A DNA stretch of 64,000 nt from Candidatus Omnitrophota bacterium (GTDB lineage: Bacteria; Omnitrophota; Gorgyraeia; Gygaellales; JBFMHM01), in the NCBI GenBank assembly GCA_040753015.1, contig JBFMHM010000007.1, positions 2,076-66,075 on the forward strand, read 5' to 3'. Numbering within the stretch: position 1 is the first letter of the stretch; every line of letters begins with the position of its first letter. Shown in pieces: positions 20,215-27,359 of the stretch. The position numbers were made by a program, and so were the translations under genes. Below the pieces are notes generated by a model. It was not told where the DNA came from and did not search any database. It saw only the letters and a list, made by a program, of their open reading frames with translations.

Positions 20215-23200
20215 GCCTCTAATTCATCGCAGAGTGTTTTGCCTGGCATACTTGTTGAAGAAATTGTAGCAAGATCTTGTAATACTAAAAGGCGTTCTTT
20301 GACTTCATGATAAAGAACTTCTTTTAATTTTGGTGGGGCTCTAAGATGGTTAACATTAAGATAAATCTGCCTGCGGCCTAAAGCATAGTGATCATCTCCA
20401 TTATAAAAAATAATGTCTGTATCTTTAAGTGCCTGCCCTAACCCTAGCTCATCGATTGTATCTTGTAGAAGTTTTAACTGCTCTTGTGATAATTGTATAT
20501 CTTGTTCTCTTATACTAATTACCTCACCTTGCTTGCGTGTTTTTCCGTCTGATTCAATAGTTGCATCTAATTTAAAATCAACTTGGCAAGTTTTGCCACT
20601 TTGCGCATCATACCTTGCCGCTGCAATTTCATTTTCTACGATTGCCTTTTGTATACCAGGTGTATAATCCACGTTCCTGCCATGCCTAAATCCTCGGTGA
20701 TCAGACATTGAGCTACCAGGATTCATAGCTAAAAGCTGTTGAGCAGTTGTGACAACATCTATATTATCACTTCTTATTTTCACCAACTTTGCACTTCTTG
20801 GGTCATCGGTAAAAACAATTCGCCCATCATAAAAATACAACTCACCAGTTAATGGACACACTAAAATCCCTACACCAGTTGGGAAGTGACTATTGGATAG
20901 TCCAACATCCAAACCAGAATATTTTCCTACCCAATAATTACTTAGTGTCTTAGGATGAATATGCCACCACCCAATGGTAATTAATTGAGGTAAAGAATGA
21001 CCGCGCTGATCATTTAACTTATTTCGAAAAGAAGTTGCAGTCGATAAATAATCCATACTAAAAACAAGGCTTCCCGGGCCACGCGTTAATCCTTCATCGA
21101 CTGAATAAATATTTGTAATTACTAAAATATCACCATCACGATAGCCAAACAACAAGCCACCATATTCATTAACATCATTATTATGCGGGTCATTTAGAAG
21201 TTCCTGGCGAAGCCTATTATCAAATCGAACAGTCCGAATACCATCTAACCCTGACAAAGGATTAGTAAGTTCAAAATCTAATAATTCTCCATCATCACTT
21301 GAAGGTGGAAGCAAAAAATCCCCGCGGGGAGATTGATGGGCTGGCTGTGTAGGGTGAACTGCTGATAATTCTGCAGTAGGTGCAGGCATTGCTGGCGGAG
21401 GCAAAGGTTGAGATGCTGGGGGTTGTGCAACTGGCTTGGTCATAATTGCATCAGTTAATTTAGCTACAAGGCTTGTATGATCACTAAAAATATCCGCGGG
21501 TGTAATTTTTCCGCTTATTGATGCATCCTTTAAGATATCCTTTACAAAACCTCTAACCATTAAATATGTAAAAATCCTTTGGTCAAGCGGATAAAACCCC
21601 GGCCAAACAAAATTAAAAAATAAATGTCTCTCAGAAGTATACCGACGACCACCAACATGTCTAGTGCCTCCCTCATAAGCCGATTTTGTTTCTACACAAA
21701 CATCGTTTAGAATAAGCTGCGGTACAATTTTTGGCTGAGCCGCCAATACAGATTGTAATCGCGATAATAAATCCTTTAGCTCTACGTCAATTGTTTCTGC
21801 ATTTAAGCCGCGTACCCTCGCGATAACTTCTTCTGCAAAAGAAAGCGCTTCTTTGTAATCTAACTGGTGTAAGTACCGCATATCGGTAGTAACACCTAAA
21901 ATATCTGTAACAAGCTCTCTAGAAACATCAACGCCTGCGCCAACGAAAAACGCAGTCATTATCGAGCCTTGTTTTACAAGTACTTCGTTTGCAATTTTTG
22001 TTCCTAATCTCCAAATTAAATTAGAAGAATCATCGGAATCTATTTCAATTACAGAACCTAATTCTTCTGGCCCTACAACAATAGAAACTCTTCTTATCCC
22101 ATTTAACATTATTTTAAGACTTGCTATTTTATCTTCTATTCTTCTAGCCCAATCACTCCAATCACTAGTATCAGTACTCATGACTAACCCAGGTCGTAGT
22201 TGAGCAACCGCTGTCCTAAGCCGTTGGCTTTCAGCCTGTTTTCTTTTAGCGCGTTCTTCAGGTGTTATAGATAATTTTTCTATAATATCATCTAACATAC
22301 GCTTTACTGGCCTATTCTGACTAGCATCAAATGATCCTGGAAGTATTACAGTAATTCCCGTCATTTTTCTAATTGCTGCTTCAACCCTCTGTAAAAGTTC
22401 ATTGTAGTCGGAATCCGTATCATGAGAATAATCTGGTTCATTCAAATGACGAAGGTCGTGGCGGAAGATGTCTTCTAGAAGTTTTGAATCATGATTTAAA
22501 AGATATTTTAGGAATGCTTCTGTAAGCCAAATTCTTCTGCGTTCTTGGCTAAAGATACCGCCAGCTACTGTTGCACCTGCATGGGTATAGGCAAAAGATG
22601 CACTATCTTGAGGTTGATAAAGCACAGGGCCCCTGCGATCAAGGCCAATACGAAAACCATTAATTTCTCCCTGAGGCAGGCTAGCCCATATTCTAACAAG
22701 TTCTCTTTGCTCTCCCTCTGTAAGATTTACTGCTTCTTGCCTAGTTAATTCACGAAGATTATCAACTGCATTATTTGGCATATTCCTTTGCACAATTCGT
22801 CCATCCTCAAAGCTCAACTCTACTACCGCGCTTGGGCCAACTGCAATTGCTGCTCTAAGATGCGGATTCACCTCTCTATTATTATCCGCATTGCCGATGT
22901 TAACAATATCACTTCTCGGCAATCGCCCCACCTCACTAACTGTTGCAGTCCGCTGGACAGAAAGCTCTCCAGTTTGCGCAAAAAGCATACCACCACTTGT
23001 GTAAGTTCTTTTAATTTTACGATTTAATTCTTTTTGATCTTGGGTATCTATAAGTTTATATTCGCCTTTTGTTGAGTTTAGGTAAGATTTATAAATTTGC
23101 TCTGGTTTAAATTTAAGATTATTGGTTTTTTGATAAGAATTTATTAATTGTTTTAACTTTTCGTTTTTCTCTTTACTCTTTACGCTTTTTTTGTACCACT

Positions 23201-24041
23201 GGGCGAGAATGAGTGCTTGATAAATTTGTCTAAGTGGTTCATAGGCTTTGTCTTGGTTTACTCGTTGAGTTAGTTCTGGGAGTATCAGTTGTTTTAGTTG
23301 AGATTCACAATATTCCTGTAGTTCTTCAGTTCGTTTGTCATTAGAAATTGGGATTTGGGATTTCTCAAGGTATTCGCTTTCTAGAAGCACCTTGAGCGTT
23401 GCTTTAACTATTGTAATTGAATCTTTAGTTTCGTAGACTTTAGCTTCATCAGGAACTATCCAGACGCGGAAGGTGGTAGGAATAGATACAGTTCGACTGT
23501 TCGTCAGTTCTTCGGTTCTTAGGTTTTGATTTTCATTTTGATTTTTGGTTTGTATATTTGATATTTGATATTTGATTTTTGATTTTTCTAAAGCTTTAGC
23601 CTTAGAAAACACTCTTTCCCAATAGGTTTTAGCATTTTTACCATAACCGGGTAATAATTCAAAGGCTGTGTCTTTCTTTAGTTTTAGGTCTAATACTAAA
23701 AGCGCTTTACCTAGGTCAGTGTCAGCAATTGAGTTACCGATGATTCTGCTTGGATCGTTTGGATTTAGGTTAACCCAAAGGTCTTTGTAGTCTATAGATA
23801 GGCTAGTAAAGAAATAATCTAGAAGCTCTTTACTTTTAAGCTTCTTCTGTTGTTCTGATATGTTGCGAGGAAGAAAGTTGAAATTAAAATTAAACCCAGA
23901 ATTTAGAGAAAGCGAAACGAATGTTGCATTTGGTTCGGGGACTTTAAGGCTAACAGCTTGGCCAAAGCTAATACTCTGGCAAAGAAATGTAAATGCCAAA
24001 AATAGACAAAAAATCCTTCTTGTAAGACTTATTTTATTCAT
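20178..24041 (-). CDS. giant modular protein, N-terminal part (signal peptide, JAB domain)
   Basis: Likely start MNKISLTRRIFCLFLAFTFLCQSISFG (Sec-type signal) at 24041; JAMM motif EYGGLLFG...WWHIHP...SGLD; Pro-rich linker. Confidence 0.85.
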   Translation of the reverse strand: MNKISLTRRIFCLFLAFTFLCQSISFGQAVSLKVPEPNATFVSLSLNSGFNFNFNFLPRNISEQQKKLKSKELLDYFFTSLSIDYKDLWVNLNPNDPSRIIGNSIADTDLGKALLVLDLKLKKDTAFELLPGYGKNAKTYWERVFSKAKALEKSKIKYQISNIQTKNQNENQNLRTEELTNSRTVSIPTTFRVWIVPDEAKVYETKDSITIVKATLKVLLESEYLEKSQIPISNDKRTEELQEYCESQLKQLILPELTQRVNQDKAYEPLRQIYQALILAQWYKKSVKSKEKNEKLKQLINSYQKTNNLKFKPEQIYKSYLNSTKGEYKLIDTQDQKELNRKIKRTYTSGGMLFAQTGELSVQRTATVSEVGRLPRSDIVNIGNADNNREVNPHLRAAIAVGPSAVVELSFEDGRIVQRNMPNNAVDNLRELTRQEAVNLTEGEQRELVRIWASLPQGEINGFRIGLDRRGPVLYQPQDSASFAYTHAGATVAGGIFSQERRRIWLTEAFLKYLLNHDSKLLEDIFRHDLRHLNEPDYSHDTDSDYNELLQRVEAAIRKMTGITVILPGSFDASQNRPVKRMLDDIIEKLSITPEERAKRKQAESQRLRTAVAQLRPGLVMSTDTSDWSDWARRIEDKIASLKIMLNGIRRVSIVVGPEELGSVIEIDSDDSSNLIWRLGTKIANEVLVKQGSIMTAFFVGAGVDVSRELVTDILGVTTDMRYLHQLDYKEALSFAEEVIARVRGLNAETIDVELKDLLSRLQSVLAAQPKIVPQLILNDVCVETKSAYEGGTRHVGGRRYTSERHLFFNFVWPGFYPLDQRIFTYLMVRGFVKDILKDASISGKITPADIFSDHTSLVAKLTDAIMTKPVAQPPASQPLPPPAMPAPTAELSAVHPTQPAHQSPRGDFLLPPSSDDGELLDFELTNPLSGLDGIRTVRFDNRLRQELLNDPHNNDVNEYGGLLFGYRDGDILVITNIYSVDEGLTRGPGSLVFSMDYLSTATSFRNKLNDQRGHSLPQLITIGWWHIHPKTLSNYWVGKYSGLDVGLSNSHFPTGVGILVCPLTGELYFYDGRIVFTDDPRSAKLVKIRSDNIDVVTTAQQLLAMNPGSSMSDHRGFRHGRNVDYTPGIQKAIVENEIAAARYDAQSGKTCQVDFKLDATIESDGKTRKQGEVISIREQDIQLSQEQLKLLQDTIDELGLGQALKDTDIIFYNGDDHYALGRRQIYLNVNHLRAPPKLKEVLYHEVKERLLVLQDLATISSTSMPGKTLCDELEAKKITPKIDHPN

Positions 24042-24065
24042 TATAAATTTTTTGAAAAAGTGGAC

Positions 24066-24097
24066 AAAAAATAACCCCTCACATATGCTTGGGGGTC
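24066..24097 (-). terminator. intrinsic terminator-like hairpin in the 5' leader of the giant gene
   Basis: GACCCC-CAAGCATATGTGA-GGGGTT followed by ATTTTTT, ~25 nt before the start codon. Confidence 0.6.
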
Positions 24098-24153
24098 GCC
24101 AGACTTCGTCGAACTCTGACGAGATATGTTTATTCATATCTTATTATATGTTA

Positions 24154-24182
24154 ATTATACCTTATAAATAGCCTAAAAACAA
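24154..24182 (-). promoter_or_regulatory. candidate sigma70 promoter of the giant gene
   Basis: TTGTTT-17bp-TATAAT. Confidence 0.5.
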
Positions 24183-24294
24183 GGCTCTGGAGGCTTTTTT
24201 TGAAAGCGGTTACAACCAATTAGTATTTACATCATAACTTATTATATATCAGGTAGTTAAGCAATCATTAACTACTAATATAAAACTAATAGAA

Positions 24295-25524
24295 TTAAAA
24301 TTGATAATTCGGCTTATATACAAACTGACGGCCGTGTTTAGATTTAACAAGAATTCCCTTTACGACCAAATCCTCAAGATCATGACGTGCAGTTTCATAA
24401 ACAACCTTAAACCAACCTTCATAGGCCTTAATAATTATCATCCTTTTATCACTTACGAGAAATTTTTTAAGAAATTTATCCTGGCGCTCATTAAGCAGAA
24501 TCCCTTTTTCTCTTAGCTTAACAAAAACAAACTCACGTTGATAATGTTGAGCGATTCGCTCACTAACAAGCCGCATAGACTCTAAAATTGTATCCGATAG
24601 ATACAGTAAGAAATAAGTCAAATCAGCATTGCAATCTTCTACATCTTTAATGGCCCTGTAATACTGTATTTTTGTCTTCTGAACAACCGCTGATATAGAA
24701 AAATATTTAAAAAATTCATATCCGTGTTTAATCATAAAATAATAGAACAACGCCCGTGCAGTCCGGCCATTACCATCGAAAAATGGATGAATATAAACAA
24801 AATAAAAATGGATAAAAGACGCTCTAATTATAGGATGAATAAAACGCTCATCATCTTTACTATTAACCCACTCAACTAGTTTTCTCATTGCTGGTTCAAT
24901 CTGCTCTGCCTTAGGCGGCGTATAAATTATAATATCGCGCCGCTTGTCTTTAATATAAACCATATCATCACGGAAGCGCCCAGCATAAGCTTCATCTTCA
25001 AAAAGAGTTTCTTTAGTCACAATTTTATGCAATTGCAAAATAAAATCTAAAGATAATTCTCTATGCTTCTCTTGCAAGATAAATTGCATAGCCTTATAAT
25101 TATTTAAAACCATTTGATCATTAATATCTATAGGCGATTTTTTTTCTTCTACTAATTCACGTAAACGCTTCATAGTTGAGAAAGCCCCTTCAATAACACT
25201 TGAATAAAGCGCTTCTTCTATTAACGAATCTTTCACGAGTTCATTTTCAATTTCTTTCTTAACAACCCGATATAAAGAATCTTTACCACTCGAATCTATT
25301 TCGTAAATTCTTTTCTGTAATATTGGCGTTAAAAAATACCAAAAATTTTGATTATTTTGATCTATAAACGGCAAGCCCTCTGATTTCTGTTTTCTAAACT
25401 TAATTGCCTCTTGCCAAAACTCCTCTAAAGATAATTCGTTCGGAAGCCTATAACCAATTTCTTCTTTAGATAGATAACCTTGAACAGAAAATTTATTTAT
25501 AAATTCATTTATATTAGTATTCAT
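24295..25524 (-). CDS. Fic family protein with C-terminal HTH
   Basis: HPFFDGNGRTAR motif, SSVIEG inhibitory motif, YETARHDL wHTH. Confidence 0.93.
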   Translation of the reverse strand: MNTNINEFINKFSVQGYLSKEEIGYRLPNELSLEEFWQEAIKFRKQKSEGLPFIDQNNQNFWYFLTPILQKRIYEIDSSGKDSLYRVVKKEIENELVKDSLIEEALYSSVIEGAFSTMKRLRELVEEKKSPIDINDQMVLNNYKAMQFILQEKHRELSLDFILQLHKIVTKETLFEDEAYAGRFRDDMVYIKDKRRDIIIYTPPKAEQIEPAMRKLVEWVNSKDDERFIHPIIRASFIHFYFVYIHPFFDGNGRTARALFYYFMIKHGYEFFKYFSISAVVQKTKIQYYRAIKDVEDCNADLTYFLLYLSDTILESMRLVSERIAQHYQREFVFVKLREKGILLNERQDKFLKKFLVSDKRMIIIKAYEGWFKVVYETARHDLEDLVVKGILVKSKHGRQFVYKPNYQF

Positions 25525-25629
25525 TATATATCTCTTTTATTTACAACATGTTAATAAATTTTATATACCATTAAACTACTAATTATCTACTAATTTAATA
25601 CTAAATTATAATTATGTCAAGCTTTTTTA

Positions 25630-27012
25630 TTAAATCCTAAAATACGCACCTGGTAACTTAGAAAACCAATAAGTTGAAATAACCATTATTTGGATTAAAA
25701 ATTCACAACTCCTTGCAAATATTGAAGTTGAAAATGGCAAGATTGAGCTAATAATTAAGAAAGCGAATCCTGCGGCTGTAATCAGACTTGAAAGTGGAAC
25801 AATTATCAGATTTGCCAAAATAGTGACCGGTGAAATCATATGAAAATTATAAATAGTTATAGGCAAAATGCTAATCCAAGCTGCAAAAGATACAGAAATG
25901 CTTTGGATAAGAAATTTTGGCTTCTCTAACTTTATCTTTGCAAAAAAATCTATAATCTTTGGGCTTAAATATACAATTGCTAAAACGCAAATAAAAGAAA
26001 GCTCAAAACCAACATCAAATAGCTGGCTAGGATTTATAAAAAGAATAATCAACGCGCTTAATCCAAGAGAATTATAAATATTTAATTCTCTTTCCAATAA
26101 CAACCCGGCCAGGAAAACACAACCCATAATTGTTGCCCTTACAACTGACGGACTTGACCCAGTTAAAATACAATAAAATATAAACAATAACATTGCAATT
26201 AAATAACGTGCTTTACGTTTTATACGCAAGATTTTCAAAACGGCTAAAAATATAAATAAAATGATGCCCACATTTAACCCGCTAATTGCCAAGATATGAA
26301 CTGTACCTGTTTGAACAAAAATATCTTGTAAATCTCGTGGTAAATTTTGTCTTTTGCCTAAAATTATTGCGCTTAATAACAAATTATTCGGATAAGAGAT
26401 ATTTTGTGTAATTAAAGTATCGAGATTTTCCCGAAGTTTAAAAATTGATTTTATTATTTTATTGCCATATGATAAATGTTGTATCTGCGATGATTGCTTA
26501 ACATTAAAAGTATAATAAATATTCTGCTGGTATAGGTATTTTCTATAATCAAACTTGCCATAATTAAATACTGGTGAAAGCTTGCCTTCTAAAATTAAAT
26601 TCTCTTGGTATAAAAAATCTTCCTTATTAAAACACTTCACTAAAACTTTCCCGCTAACTTTTAGCTTAGTTTGATTAAAAATTAAATATTTTGTATCGAA
26701 GATAAATGAACTTGTCTGATTAACCTTGGGGTCAGAAATAACTTTACCCTCTGACCTAATTGCCGTTGTCTTTATGTTTAACTTGGTAAGATGATGAGCT
26801 GGTAACTTTTCGTAATTTCTTAAAAAAACTGCGCCCAAAATGAAAAACGAAATTAGCAAAAAATATGTGGATGATTTATTATTTAAGTTTTTTAGCGATA
26901 AACTAAATAGAATAATTGCTAGAAGTAATAAAAAAATAAGTGGGATACTGATAAAACTTTCAATCAATACCCCTAAACAAAAACTACATGCAAGCCAAAA
27001 CAGAAAATACAT
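25630..27012 (-). CDS. comEC: ComEC/Rec2 competence membrane protein (no metallo-beta-lactamase domain)
   Basis: FDYRKYL, GTVHILAISGLNV, SVVRATIM, GFELSF. Confidence 0.92.
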   Translation of the reverse strand: MYFLFWLACSFCLGVLIESFISIPLIFLLLLAIILFSLSLKNLNNKSSTYFLLISFFILGAVFLRNYEKLPAHHLTKLNIKTTAIRSEGKVISDPKVNQTSSFIFDTKYLIFNQTKLKVSGKVLVKCFNKEDFLYQENLILEGKLSPVFNYGKFDYRKYLYQQNIYYTFNVKQSSQIQHLSYGNKIIKSIFKLRENLDTLITQNISYPNNLLLSAIILGKRQNLPRDLQDIFVQTGTVHILAISGLNVGIILFIFLAVLKILRIKRKARYLIAMLLFIFYCILTGSSPSVVRATIMGCVFLAGLLLERELNIYNSLGLSALIILFINPSQLFDVGFELSFICVLAIVYLSPKIIDFFAKIKLEKPKFLIQSISVSFAAWISILPITIYNFHMISPVTILANLIIVPLSSLITAAGFAFLIISSILPFSTSIFARSCEFLIQIMVISTYWFSKLPGAYFRI

Positions 27013-27359
27013 TATTCGGCGATAAGGTAGGCTTTTATTTTCTCAAATTTATTTTCGCTGATGCCCTTAATATTCTTTATCTCTTCTATACTCGTAAAAT
27101 TACCGTTAGTTTCTCTGTATTCAATAATTGCTTGAGCAGTCTTTTCGCCAATTCCAGAAATTTTAATTAAGTCGTCTTTGGTTGCTTGATTGATATTTAA
27201 TAGTTGGCCTTTTCTAATAATATGTTTTTCGATAAATTGATTAAGTTTTTCTGTTTTTTGCGGTTGGCGTTTGTAATAATAATCTAAAGTCGCACCGCAT
27301 AAGGCAATCAAACCAACAAAGATTATGATAAGTTTTTCTTGAGGGGTAAGGTTCAACAT
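27012..27359 (-). CDS. comEA: ComEA family helix-hairpin-helix DNA-binding protein
   Basis: LNINQAT..DL..ISGIGEKTAQAIIEYR...F.SIEEIK.IKGI. Confidence 0.9.
   Translation of the reverse strand: MLNLTPQEKLIIIFVGLIALCGATLDYYYKRQPQKTEKLNQFIEKHIIRKGQLLNINQATKDDLIKISGIGEKTAQAIIEYRETNGNFTSIEEIKNIKGISENKFEKIKAYLIAE

Noticed and set aside
24042-24137. First 32 codons of the 1319-aa ORF
   Set aside because: They overlap the hairpin/terminator leader; the signal peptide starts at 24041.
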